NCBI GenBank assembly: GCA_965602015.1
Contig: OZ271918.1
Coordinates: 2,656,001-2,720,000, forward strand
Direction: 5' to 3'
Length of the DNA: 64,000 bases
From: Salinispira sp.
GTDB taxonomy: Bacteria; Spirochaetota; Spirochaetia; DSM-27196; Salinispiraceae
Under the pieces are notes generated by a model. It worked only from the letters and a program-made list of their open reading frames with translations, did no database searches and was not told where the DNA came from. Positions 18,925 to 28,311 of the stretch are shown piece after piece. Numbering within the stretch: position 1 is the first letter of the stretch; every line of letters starts with the position of its first letter. Made by a program: the position numbers and the translations under genes.

Positions 18925-20967
18925 TCATACCCGGGCCATCATGTCATGAAGGCCGCCGCCGTTTTCCACATTTTCATAGCCTGACTGGGCCAGTATGCGC
19001 TGGGCATACGACGATCGGGCTCCCGATGCGCAGTAGACGATGATCTCCCTGCCCTTGTCGCCGATTTCGCCGATCCTGTCGGGCAGCTCGTCCAGGGGAA
19101 TATTCACCGCTTCGGGAAACCCGCCGCCGGCGAACTCTCCGGGGGTCCGCACGTCGATAACCAGGGGACCGTTGCCTGTGACTCCCGAATCTCCCGCGGT
19201 CTCCCGGTCAGTCTCGTCCGGGGTGTTGCCGCCGGCTTCCAGGTCTTCTATGCTTTTGCGCTCAACAGGGAACAGACCCACCGAAAGCTTCTCAAGCGGA
19301 TAGGCCCGGGCAAAACGCTCCAGGGACAGATAACCACCGCTGAGGTTCCAGACCTGGTCAAAGCCCGCGGACTTGAGCATTCTCAAGGCCACATGTCCCT
19401 TTTGCCCGTCATGGCTGATCAGCAGGATTGCATGGTCTTTCGGCAGCTGACTGAGATTGTCCCTGAGTATGTTCTGGCTGACATTGCTGCTGCCGTATAA
19501 ATTCGCCTTTTTAAAGCTGATGGGATCCCGCAGGTCCAGGGCGATGGGCTGCTTCTCGGCGGCGAAATCTTCCAGATCCGCTGCGAGGATAGAGGGACTG
19601 AAACCGCTTTTGTGGTTGACGGCGGTAAATGCCGCCATGTTTACCGGTCCGTTGGGGCTGTTGAACGGCGGAGCATAGGCCAAATCGAGCTCTTCGAGAT
19701 CGGATATGGTCAACCCGCCGGCGATGGCCGCTGCGATAACATCGAGCCGCTTGTCAACGCCGACCCGCCCCGCAGCCTGGGCGCCGAGAACAGCCCCGCT
19801 AGTTCGGTCGAACACCAGCATCAGACTGACCTTTTCTGAGCCGGGGTAGTATGCGGTGTGGCTCGCCTTGTGTACCACCACGGCGTCGGCATCATAGCCC
19901 GCTTCCCGGGCGGCCTTGAGACTCATGCCGGCGGAACCGGCGACGGCGCTGAAGACTTTGACAATGCTCGTTCCGCTGGAACCCCTGTAAGCCTTGGTTC
20001 CCCCCAGGGCGTTTTCCGCCGCCATACGGCCCTGGCGGTTCGCCGGGCCCGCCAGGGGAATGCGGACCTTTTTGCCGTTAATGCTGTGTCGGATCTCGCA
20101 CATATCACCGGCGGCGTAAATGGCCTCGTCGCTGGTCATGAGTCGCTCGTCGACCAGCAGCCCGCCAGCTTCACCCATTTCCAAGCCCGCTTCCTCCGCC
20201 AGCTTGAGACTGGGACGGACGCCTACGGACAACAGCAGCATGTCGGTCTCGATAACGCTGCCGTCATTGATGCTCAGGCGATTCCCCGAAATACCGGTCA
20301 TCGATTTGCCGAGGTGGAGTTCGACGCCGAAATCAAGGAGCTCCCTGGTGAGAAAGCCCGCAAACTCCCCTTCGAGATTGGGCATGATCTGAGGGGCCAT
20401 TTCAACCAGGCTCACCTTCATACCCCGCTTCGCCAGGGCTTCGACCATTTCCAGGCCGATAAACCCGCCGCCAACCACCGCCGCGCTTTTTGGCTCATGT
20501 TCTTCAATGTGACGATTGATCGCATCCATGTCGTCAAGGGTCCAGAGCTGGAAAACATTTTCCTGCTCTACTCCCGGCAGCGGGGGCACAATTGGCTTGC
20601 CGCCCTGGGCCAAAATCAGCCGGTCGTATTCGAAGGACATCTCTTCGCGATCCGCCCCCTTCACCGCGGTAACCCGCCGGCTCTCCCGGTCTATCGAGAG
20701 GGCTTCGGTGCCGGTATGCACCGTGACCTGGTATTGGTCCCGGAAGGTCTGTGGGCTTGCGAGAATGAGGTCCGAACGGTTCGCGATGTCCCCGCCTATG
20801 TAATACGGCAGACCGCAGTTGGCGAAGGACACGTCATCGCCGGCCTCGAGTATGGTTATCTCCGCATTTCCGTCCAGGCGGCGCGCCCGGGCGGCCGCGG
20901 TGGCTCCGGCGGCAACGCCGCCGATTATCAGTATCTTCTTTTGTTCGTTACTGGATCCGGTTTTCAT
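18925..20967 (-). CDS. CoA-disulfide/persulfide reductase fused to two rhodanese domains
   Basis: GGVAAG, SFANCGLPY, GGGFIGLE, YAPPF; rhodanese DVRTPGEF..YCASGARS. Confidence 0.9.
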   Translation of the reverse strand: MKTGSSNEQKKILIIGGVAAGATAAARARRLDGNAEITILEAGDDVSFANCGLPYYIGGDIANRSDLILASPQTFRDQYQVTVHTGTEALSIDRESRRVTAVKGADREEMSFEYDRLILAQGGKPIVPPLPGVEQENVFQLWTLDDMDAINRHIEEHEPKSAAVVGGGFIGLEMVEALAKRGMKVSLVEMAPQIMPNLEGEFAGFLTRELLDFGVELHLGKSMTGISGNRLSINDGSVIETDMLLLSVGVRPSLKLAEEAGLEMGEAGGLLVDERLMTSDEAIYAAGDMCEIRHSINGKKVRIPLAGPANRQGRMAAENALGGTKAYRGSSGTSIVKVFSAVAGSAGMSLKAAREAGYDADAVVVHKASHTAYYPGSEKVSLMLVFDRTSGAVLGAQAAGRVGVDKRLDVIAAAIAGGLTISDLEELDLAYAPPFNSPNGPVNMAAFTAVNHKSGFSPSILAADLEDFAAEKQPIALDLRDPISFKKANLYGSSNVSQNILRDNLSQLPKDHAILLISHDGQKGHVALRMLKSAGFDQVWNLSGGYLSLERFARAYPLEKLSVGLFPVERKSIEDLEAGGNTPDETDRETAGDSGVTGNGPLVIDVRTPGEFAGGGFPEAVNIPLDELPDRIGEIGDKGREIIVYCASGARSSYAQRILAQSGYENVENGGGLHDMMARV

Positions 20968-20980
20968 TACAACTCCTTAA

Positions 20981-21035
20981 TATATACTTTGTTATATATA
21001 AAAAAGTATATACTAAGAGATAAAAAAAAGGTCAA
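20981..21035 (-). promoter_or_regulatory. Promoter overlapped by a 32-bp palindromic operator upstream of the reductase
   Basis: - strand TTGACC-17 nt-TATATA; palindrome TATATACTTT-G-TTATATATAA-A-AAAGTATATA at 20981-21012. Confidence 0.65.
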
Positions 21036-21104
21036 GTGCTCAAGGCTTTCTGGAGTTCATCGTTGGAGTGGCAGCTGCGCTGATGCGCATAGATGCACAG
21101 TGCT

Positions 21105-22475
21105 CTAGGCGATAGGCGGAAAATCGATGCGGTAGCGGACACCCTGCCCGAGGGAACTCTCGGCCCTGATGTGCGCGCCGATCTTCAGCAAAATATTGTG
21201 AACTATGCTCATCCCCAATCCCGTGCCGCCCTGCCCCCGCCTGGTGGTGAAAAACGGTTCCAGATGCTGCTTGAGTGTCTGCTCATCCATCCCCCGCCCG
21301 TCATCCTCATATTCGACGTACAGGGCCCGGCCGCGGATGCCGTAGCTCAGCCGGATTGTGCCCGGCTGCTCGGAAAGGCCGTGAGTCAGGCTATTGTTGA
21401 TGAGATTGGTGAGCACATGCCAAAGCACGCCGGGATACATGGGAAGACTGATGTCCTTATCGCCGAGGATGACCACTTCAACGCCGTCGGCTTTTTTAAA
21501 GATGCTTTGCATGCTGCCCACAATCATATCCATCTCTTCACGGATATTTTGCTCAACCGGCATGTCATAGTGCAGCTCGGCGGCGATTTTTTTAAAGCTG
21601 GTGACCAGGCTGGCCGCAATATCCAGATTCCGCTCGGCGGCGGTGACTGCCTCCATCCCGACCTCAAGAAAATCAGTCATTCTGCTTTTTGACAGGCTGC
21701 CCTCGTCCAGCCGCCGGGTAACGTCCTCGAACTCCCGGTGGAGATGGGAGATAATGGTTACGCTGTTGCCGACCGGGGTATTAATTTCATGGCTGATTCC
21801 TCCCACCATGGAACCGAGGGCCGCCAGCTTCTCCGATTCAACAAGCGCATCGGTACGTTCGGTGACTGTCTGCTCAAGGCTGACGTTGATGCGTTCCAGA
21901 TCGCCGAACAGCCGGTTTATCTGATAATTAATGTAGGCCGCAATAAAGGTGGAAATAATAATTACGAAATTGACTGCGACATAGTCGTGAATATAGAAAG
22001 TCAGGGGCAGTTGTTCCGACGGGAATATCTCGAAAAAGAAGTAATGGAAGGTCAGCAGCACCGATACGGCGCCGAGAACAATGCTGTCCCATTTGCGCTG
22101 ACTGATCAGCCCTGCAAGAAGCAGGACGAATACCTGAAAAAACCCCAGGTTATAGAGGGACATATGACTGCGGTTGCCCGCCAAATATACGGTGGAAGAG
22201 AGCATGGCGATGGCGACGAGCAGGGCGGTCAGCACTCCGGTGCTGAATGCCCCCTGGCGGATTATCAGCAAATTAATGCAGAGCAGGATGCTGAGAATAA
22301 TAACTGCTACGACGTTGGTGGTGAATCCCTGGACAAAGGCCATGCTGACTACAAACAACAGGGAAAACAGCAGAAATAGCAGATGTACATAGAGCAGGGC
22401 CCCCGCGCGGCGGAAAGTGAGGGCCGAGCTCCCCATGTACTTTTTTAGAAAATTCCGTTTCATTCGCTGGATCAT
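21105..22475 (-). CDS. Membrane sensor histidine kinase (orphan)
   Basis: About 6 TM segments, H-box HEINTP, N-box, DDGRGM, PFFTT, GTGLG. Start uncertain (22490, 22475 or 22463). Confidence 0.9.
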   Translation of the reverse strand: MIQRMKRNFLKKYMGSSALTFRRAGALLYVHLLFLLFSLLFVVSMAFVQGFTTNVVAVIILSILLCINLLIIRQGAFSTGVLTALLVAIAMLSSTVYLAGNRSHMSLYNLGFFQVFVLLLAGLISQRKWDSIVLGAVSVLLTFHYFFFEIFPSEQLPLTFYIHDYVAVNFVIIISTFIAAYINYQINRLFGDLERINVSLEQTVTERTDALVESEKLAALGSMVGGISHEINTPVGNSVTIISHLHREFEDVTRRLDEGSLSKSRMTDFLEVGMEAVTAAERNLDIAASLVTSFKKIAAELHYDMPVEQNIREEMDMIVGSMQSIFKKADGVEVVILGDKDISLPMYPGVLWHVLTNLINNSLTHGLSEQPGTIRLSYGIRGRALYVEYEDDGRGMDEQTLKQHLEPFFTTRRGQGGTGLGMSIVHNILLKIGAHIRAESSLGQGVRYRIDFPPIA

Positions 22476-22527
22476 AGGTCCTGGGACCACTATATAATCT
22501 CCGGCGACAAGTATAAATAGCCGGATG

Positions 22528-23892
22528 CTACTTCAGATAATCGAGCCAGGGTCTCTGGGCATCGACCATATGGTCCATCAACGCATCAAGTTCCTTGACC
22601 GCGGAGGTAGACGGCATGGCCAACAGTGCCTGAATCGCAAGGTTCCGGTTTTTGTGCAGCACCGCCTCGGCAATCAGATCATAGACTCCGGTATAATTTC
22701 TCAGCAAGGCGGCGAAACCCCGGGGATAATCGGCGAAGCCCACGCCCTTCACCCCTTCGGCGGAAATATGGCCGGGAACCTCCACGGCAACATCGCCGGG
22801 AAGCGACGGAATCAGGCCGTTGTTCATGATGTTTACCGCCATCTCTTCGTAGGCCGGAGCCAGACCGGACAGAGCCTCAATCATGGGCACCACCCGCTCA
22901 TGAAGGCTGGAGGTATCGATTTCCGCCCGGTCGGCGGAGGCCAGGGCCCTCCGGTAAAACTCGTAAAAATCCCGGATTCCCTGATGGTCGGCCACATCCC
23001 GGGCCCAGGGTATGTACTCTCCGATGTGGCTGTCGACGGTTATGGGCAGGAGGGAGTAGCGCTCTAGTATTTCCCTGAAAACCCCCCGGTCAGACCATGC
23101 CCGGCTGGGCTCATCCCGGTCAATGATCGGCTGTCTTGTGGCTCCCTCGGTTTCCGGTGCGTGACCGGTGCGCTGCGCGTAATCCCAAATATCACTGTAA
23201 CCCATGGCCCGGGAAAAATAATCCGGGGCCTTGGAAAGGATGTCCGGATATGCATCGCTTCCGTCGCGGTAGCGGGCCTCGACCAGAACGGAGAAATGGT
23301 TCAATCCGCCGGCCTTGAGCTCCAGCTCATCGAAATTCTTTCCGAGGATGGTTGGCAGGTAGCGCTGGAGCGAGGCGATTTCATGGCACATTCCGATAAA
23401 CTTCATGTTTGGATATTTGCGCAGCACCGCCGTGGTGATGGCGGTCATGGGATTCGAATAGCAGAACACCGTGGCGCCCGGCGCGTGGGCGTCGATATCC
23501 CCGCAGATATCCAGGATGGGGGGTATAATTCTCAGTGAGTGAAACAGTCCACCGGGCCCGCCGTTCTCACCGTATATCTGATTCAGGCCGTACTGAAGCG
23601 GGTAATTCCAGTCCTGATCCCAGAGTTCGAAGCGGTCTCCCACTTCAATCGAAATGATGACGTGGTCAGCCCCCTTCAGGGCCTGTTCCCTGTCGGTGGT
23701 GGCGCTGAGTCGGTAGTTGAGCCCCCGGTCTTCGATAAACTTTTTCCCGATCTCCTCCACCTTCTTGAGGCTTTTTGTGTTTATATCCATGAGGCATATT
23801 TCCGCCCCTTCGAGGGCGGCGCTCTGAAAAATATCGCCCATGGTCCCAAAACCGAACTGGGCGCTTCCCGCGCCGATTAAAACGATCTTCAT
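22528..23892 (-). CDS. Family 4 glycoside hydrolase (alpha-galactosidase/alpha-glucosidase)
   Basis: IGAGS, GENGGPGG, YSNPM, GMCH, GLNH. Confidence 0.9.
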   Translation of the reverse strand: MKIVLIGAGSAQFGFGTMGDIFQSAALEGAEICLMDINTKSLKKVEEIGKKFIEDRGLNYRLSATTDREQALKGADHVIISIEVGDRFELWDQDWNYPLQYGLNQIYGENGGPGGLFHSLRIIPPILDICGDIDAHAPGATVFCYSNPMTAITTAVLRKYPNMKFIGMCHEIASLQRYLPTILGKNFDELELKAGGLNHFSVLVEARYRDGSDAYPDILSKAPDYFSRAMGYSDIWDYAQRTGHAPETEGATRQPIIDRDEPSRAWSDRGVFREILERYSLLPITVDSHIGEYIPWARDVADHQGIRDFYEFYRRALASADRAEIDTSSLHERVVPMIEALSGLAPAYEEMAVNIMNNGLIPSLPGDVAVEVPGHISAEGVKGVGFADYPRGFAALLRNYTGVYDLIAEAVLHKNRNLAIQALLAMPSTSAVKELDALMDHMVDAQRPWLDYLK

Positions 23893-24010
23893 CTGTCACT
23901 CCTGTTTTATGTTATGGATGGGATAGTACTGTCGAACCGCCGGGTTTTCCAGCACATTGACATTGTATCTTCCGGGATTTCTTGCACTTTTCTTAGATCG
24001 GATGTATACC

Positions 24011-24940
24011 ATGGTCATGGGCGGAGCGCAGCATCGCGACAACGGAGAGTTTCTGAGGCGGATAATCGACGAGAGCATTGACTCGGTACGCAGTTCCAGT
24101 GAGCTCCGCTGCAGCATTCCCCGGCGCCGGGGATTGAAAAAAATCATTCCCGGAATGGTGTTTCACGAATACCACGAGCTGTTTATACAGTATGAGGGGG
24201 TGAACCGTTTTTCCCTTCCACAGGAGAGCATAGACCTGACCCCCGGCGGCATGCTTATTATCGCTCCGGAGCTTCCCCATGGAGAGCGGGCCATACCGGA
24301 TACCGCCGGGGAATTCGGCCATCTGGTCATTACCCCGGGAGAGCGCTTCCTCCAATGCCACCTTTCGAAAGCCGGTTACTTGGGCGACCGGAAGGGAATG
24401 GTGCCGCTGATCAGCTACTACGAGCGCAAGGAAGGCCCCCCGCCGGCGGAAATTCAACGGCTTTTTATTTCTCTCGTGGAGGCCGGCGAGTATAATGATG
24501 AGCACCGGGAGGGCATCGTTTCGGGCATTCTCCTGGCGCTATTGGGCTGCGTGCGCCGGGCCCTCGAGTCGGCTCCCGAACGGCCGCTGGTGAACCCGGT
24601 GGTCGAAGATACCCGGAGGCTTGTTCTTTCTGGTTATCAGAGCAGCGAATTAAGCGTCAAATCCCTGGCCGGGCAGCTGCAGCTCTCTCCCGATTACCTG
24701 TCCTGGCTTTTCCACCATCACAGCGGAGTTAACCTGAGCCGCTACATAGCAGAGGTGCGTATGGAAAGGGCGATGGATATGCTCCGGGGCACAGACTACC
24801 GGATTTCGGAAATAGCCTGGAACTGCGGCTATGCATCTCCGGCATACTTTTCCCGGGCATTTTCGTTGAATTGCGGTCTTTCTCCCCGGGATTTTCGGAA
24901 CCGCGCCCGGGGGAATGCAGCGGCGCATAAGGAGCGGTGA
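24011..24940 (+). CDS. AraC-family transcriptional regulator
   Basis: Cupin N-terminus (FHEYHELF) and C-terminal double HTH (LSPDYLSWLF..ISEIAWNCGYASPAYFSRAF); divergent from GH4; start uncertain. Confidence 0.88.
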   Translation: MVMGGAQHRDNGEFLRRIIDESIDSVRSSSELRCSIPRRRGLKKIIPGMVFHEYHELFIQYEGVNRFSLPQESIDLTPGGMLIIAPELPHGERAIPDTAGEFGHLVITPGERFLQCHLSKAGYLGDRKGMVPLISYYERKEGPPPAEIQRLFISLVEAGEYNDEHREGIVSGILLALLGCVRRALESAPERPLVNPVVEDTRRLVLSGYQSSELSVKSLAGQLQLSPDYLSWLFHHHSGVNLSRYIAEVRMERAMDMLRGTDYRISEIAWNCGYASPAYFSRAFSLNCGLSPRDFRNRARGNAAAHKER

Positions 24941-24950
24941 TGAACCGCAA

Positions 24951-25403
24951 TCAGCGGGTGATAAGTATTATGCTCACATAGCCTGCGGCAAAACTCGCGG
25001 TGGCGGCCACGCCGGATAAGCGATGTTCCAGGGATCCTTTTTCCAGGATGAACGCGTTGGCAACCATTGCGCCAATTCCCACTGCGCTGAAAAGCATGTG
25101 GGGCCAAACCTCATCAATGCGGTCAAGGTAGGCGATGCTTCCGGCCAGGGAGCTGGTGAAGGCGCTGCCCAGAGCGGCATAGCCGATTATGGAATGATAC
25201 TCAAAACCGAGCAGCCCGCTGACGCCGGTGGCGGCTACCAGGCCGAGACTTACATAGCCGCCGATTTGATGGAGATCATTCCGGCGGATTACCTGGCCGA
25301 GACCAGCGGCTCCCCGCTCTCCGTCACCGGATTCGCCTCCCTCAGCGGCCAGGGGAGAGAGGGCAATTGTGAGCATCAGGGCAATGAGCAGTAGCTTTTT
25401 CAT
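24951..25403 (-). CDS. Hypothetical membrane protein with signal peptide
   Basis: GAGG SD, MKKLLLIALML signal, four hydrophobic segments each containing or next to a His. Confidence 0.7.
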   Translation of the reverse strand: MKKLLLIALMLTIALSPLAAEGGESGDGERGAAGLGQVIRRNDLHQIGGYVSLGLVAATGVSGLLGFEYHSIIGYAALGSAFTSSLAGSIAYLDRIDEVWPHMLFSAVGIGAMVANAFILEKGSLEHRLSGVAATASFAAGYVSIILITR

Positions 25404-25479
25404 GAAGACCTCGCTTTTACGGTGGTTTTTGAAACCTATTGCCCGGGGTTTCAAAAGGCAAGATGTTTAAATACATATG

Positions 25480-25527
25480 TAGTGCCCCCAAAACAGCTGA
25501 TTTAAATCAGCTGTTTTGGGGGCAGTA
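25480..25527. mobile_element. MITE-like TA-flanked palindrome, short (empty) form
   Basis: TA-G-TGCCCCCAAAACAGCTGATTT|AAATCAGCTGTTTTGGGGGCA-G-TA; arms nearly identical to the 13030 element. Confidence 0.65.
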
Positions 25528-25537
25528 GGAAATGCAA

Positions 25538-26659
25538 ATGGAAGACGGAAAACTGTTCAGGGAAGCCTTCAACTCAGAGGTCATCGCATATATTGCAGAT
25601 GGCCTCGTCCGGGCCGATCCGAGTATCGATTCACGGCTGTTTATTGGCATGGCCAACGAAGGGCTTGAAGACTTGAGCTTTGGCGACCGTGGGGAAAACA
25701 TCTACCGCGCCTTAAAAGCGGTCCTGCCTTCGGATTTTCTGCGGGCGGCTGAAATTCTGGTGAACAGCCTGGGGCCCGAACCAATAAGCGACCGGCTTGA
25801 GGGGTTTGACGGGTTTTACACCATACCCCTGTCCACATATATTTACCGGCACGGACTGGACTATCCGGATACCTCGCTAGGTGCCTTGTATGAAATAACC
25901 AAGCGGTTCAGCGCGGAGTTCGCCGTCCGGCCGTTTATCGAACAGCATTATGGAAAGACCATGAAGTTTCTTCACGTGATCTGTGAGGACCCGAGCCCGT
26001 TCGCCAGGCGCTTGGCGAGCGAAGGCACCAGGCCGCGGCTGCCCCTTGCCTCAAGGCTCAAGGCTTTCCAGCAGAATCCCCGGCCGGTAATCGAGCTCCT
26101 GGACAGACTCTTTTTGGACGAAAATCTCATGGTGCGCCGGTCAGTGGCGAATAATATCAACGATATCAGCAAGGATAATCCCGACGCCGCCGTCGAAGCC
26201 CTGAGCCGCTGGAGAAAAACCGGGCCGGGAAAGGAGACCGAATGGATTATCCGCCACGGCCTCCGAAGCCTGGTCAAAAGCGGCCACCCGGAAGCGCTGT
26301 CCCTCCTGGGTTATTCCCCGGGCGGCATCGATCTGGTTTCTTCGCATTGCAGCGCTCCGGCGGTGGAGCTGGGCGGGTCCCTGCTCTTTCGCTGGCGCAT
26401 TGCCAATGCCGCACCGGAGAAGCAAAAGCTGCTTATCAATTACATCATTCACTTCGTTAAGGCAAACGGGAAGCGCTCCAAAAAAATCTTCCGCCTGGCG
26501 GAGAAGACAATTCCCGCCGGCGGAGAACTAACAGTGGAAAAACTGCATAAATTCCGTGCATTCAAAAACCAGCGATTTTACCCCGGAACCCATTTCGTCG
26601 AAATAAGCGTAAACGCCCGATACATGGGCCGGCTTGAGTTCGAACTGCAGATCGGGTAA
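25538..26659 (+). CDS. DNA alkylation repair glycosylase, AlkC-like (HEAT repeats + Ig-like C-terminus)
   Basis: TKRFSAEFAVRPFI, RRLASEGTRPRLP, VRRSVANNINDISKDNP; start 25538 or 25532. Confidence 0.85.
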   Translation: MEDGKLFREAFNSEVIAYIADGLVRADPSIDSRLFIGMANEGLEDLSFGDRGENIYRALKAVLPSDFLRAAEILVNSLGPEPISDRLEGFDGFYTIPLSTYIYRHGLDYPDTSLGALYEITKRFSAEFAVRPFIEQHYGKTMKFLHVICEDPSPFARRLASEGTRPRLPLASRLKAFQQNPRPVIELLDRLFLDENLMVRRSVANNINDISKDNPDAAVEALSRWRKTGPGKETEWIIRHGLRSLVKSGHPEALSLLGYSPGGIDLVSSHCSAPAVELGGSLLFRWRIANAAPEKQKLLINYIIHFVKANGKRSKKIFRLAEKTIPAGGELTVEKLHKFRAFKNQRFYPGTHFVEISVNARYMGRLEFELQIG

Positions 26660-26708
26660 TGTGCCGGCAGCGTAACCGCGTCGAATCCGCCGGGTATTGC
26701 GGCCGGCA

Positions 26709-27656
26709 TCAGCGGCCTGTGCCCGGCGTATCTCTGTCTGCAGCCCGGGGCCTGAGAATGACCGCGTCGCCCTCGCGCTCCAGCTTCAAGGAGCGGGCAT
26801 CGCCGATTTCTTTTATGTAATCCTCGGGCAGCTGCAGCCGTCCGGCCCTGTCGAGCATCACCAGTTCCTCGTGGCTTTCCTGCTGCATGAGTTCATCGGA
26901 GCTGATCTGCTGAAGTTCGCGTAAAAAGGCCGCCTTCGGCACGAATTCGCTGCTGGCCTTCCCGTCGCGGATGGCCACCACCCGGTCGACCAGGCGGGTA
27001 AGCATCATATCATGTGTGACGATGAGGATGCTTAAGCCCAGTTCCCGGTTTACCGTCCTGAACAGTTCCATTATCCGTTCCATAGTGGGACGGTCCACCG
27101 ACCCCGTGGGCTCGTCGGCCAGGAGGATTCTCGGCCGGTTTGCCAGTGCGATGGCGATGGCCACCCGCTGCTGCTCTCCGCCGGATAGTTCGGTCAGGCG
27201 GTTTTCCGCCCGGTGGGAGAGTCCCACGGTTTCAAGCAGCCAGTCGCCCCACTCCCGGGCCTCCTGTTTGCCCATGGCGCCTTGTGCCAGGACGCCGATG
27301 TCCATCACCAGCGACAGGTTAGCCCGGGCGCTCAAATAAGGCAGGAGATTCCTCGCATTGTTCTGCCAGACAAATCCCACGCTGTCCCGGCGGTATTCCA
27401 CCAGCTCCCGGGCGCTCAGGGTGAAAACTTCCCGGCCGTCAACCGTCAGAGACCCCGCCGACGGCTGATCGAGTCCTCCAATCATGTTGAGGAGCGTGCT
27501 CTTCCCGCTGCCGCTGTTTCCGATTACAGCGCAAATCTCGCCTTCGGGAATATCCAGATCGAGCCCCTGCAGGGCCATGACCTCGCTCTCTCCGCTGCGG
27601 TAGATTTTTACAATATTCCGGCAACTGATAATGTTTTTCCGCAGCTGCTCAGCCAT
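26709..27656 (-). CDS. ABC ATPase (LolD/MacB-type) with AbrB-like C-terminal extension
   Basis: GNSGSGKS, LSGGEQQR, ADEPTG; tail LDRAGRLQLP. Confidence 0.9.
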   Translation of the reverse strand: MAEQLRKNIISCRNIVKIYRSGESEVMALQGLDLDIPEGEICAVIGNSGSGKSTLLNMIGGLDQPSAGSLTVDGREVFTLSARELVEYRRDSVGFVWQNNARNLLPYLSARANLSLVMDIGVLAQGAMGKQEAREWGDWLLETVGLSHRAENRLTELSGGEQQRVAIAIALANRPRILLADEPTGSVDRPTMERIMELFRTVNRELGLSILIVTHDMMLTRLVDRVVAIRDGKASSEFVPKAAFLRELQQISSDELMQQESHEELVMLDRAGRLQLPEDYIKEIGDARSLKLEREGDAVILRPRAADRDTPGTGR

Positions 27657-28311
27657 GGTTGCCTCCGGTCAGATCGATGAGGTTTTGGGCCACGTCGGTC
27701 ATGCGGGGATCGTGGGTGGCCATGATTACCGTATGGCCTTCCTTTTCAACAAGGTCGCTGAATAGCCTGATTATCTGAAGCCCCGTATGGGAATCCAGTT
27801 CAGCGGTCGGCTCGTCGGCGATAATAATATCGGGATGATGGGCGACCGCCCGGGCTATGCCGGTGCGCTGCTGTTCGCCTCCGGACATGTGCGCAGGGAA
27901 GTGATCCATGCGCTCGGCGAGTCCCACCATTGTCAGGTAATCCCGCGCCCGCTTCCGGGCCTCCTTCCAGGGAATCCCGGCGATCCGCAGGGCAAACTCG
28001 ACATTTTCCCGTGCAGTCATTCCGGGCAGCAGGGCTACCGACTGGAACACGAATCCGATTCGCCGGCGCCTAAGGTCATCGCGATTTGCATCGCTCATGG
28101 CGGCGATGTCGTCGTCTTTGAGGAGAATCTTACCGCTGTCCGGCCTGTCGAGGGCTCCCAGCAGGTTGATAAGCGTAGTTTTTCCCGAACCGCTGGGCCC
28201 CTCCAGTACGCAGAGCTCTCCTTCTGAAATACTGAAGGAGAGATTGCTGATCACCGTCGTTCGGCGGGATCCGCTGACATAACTCCTGGAGATATTCTCC
28301 GCCCGTATCAT
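27649..28311 (-). CDS. ABC ATPase (LolD/MacB-type)
   Basis: GPSGSGKT, MSGGEQQR, ADEPTA. Confidence 0.9.
   Translation of the reverse strand: MIRAENISRSYVSGSRRTTVISNLSFSISEGELCVLEGPSGSGKTTLINLLGALDRPDSGKILLKDDDIAAMSDANRDDLRRRRIGFVFQSVALLPGMTARENVEFALRIAGIPWKEARKRARDYLTMVGLAERMDHFPAHMSGGEQQRTGIARAVAHHPDIIIADEPTAELDSHTGLQIIRLFSDLVEKEGHTVIMATHDPRMTDVAQNLIDLTGGNHG

Noticed and set aside
19858..21108. 416-aa + strand ORF
   Set aside because: Antisense shadow of the CoA-disulfide reductase
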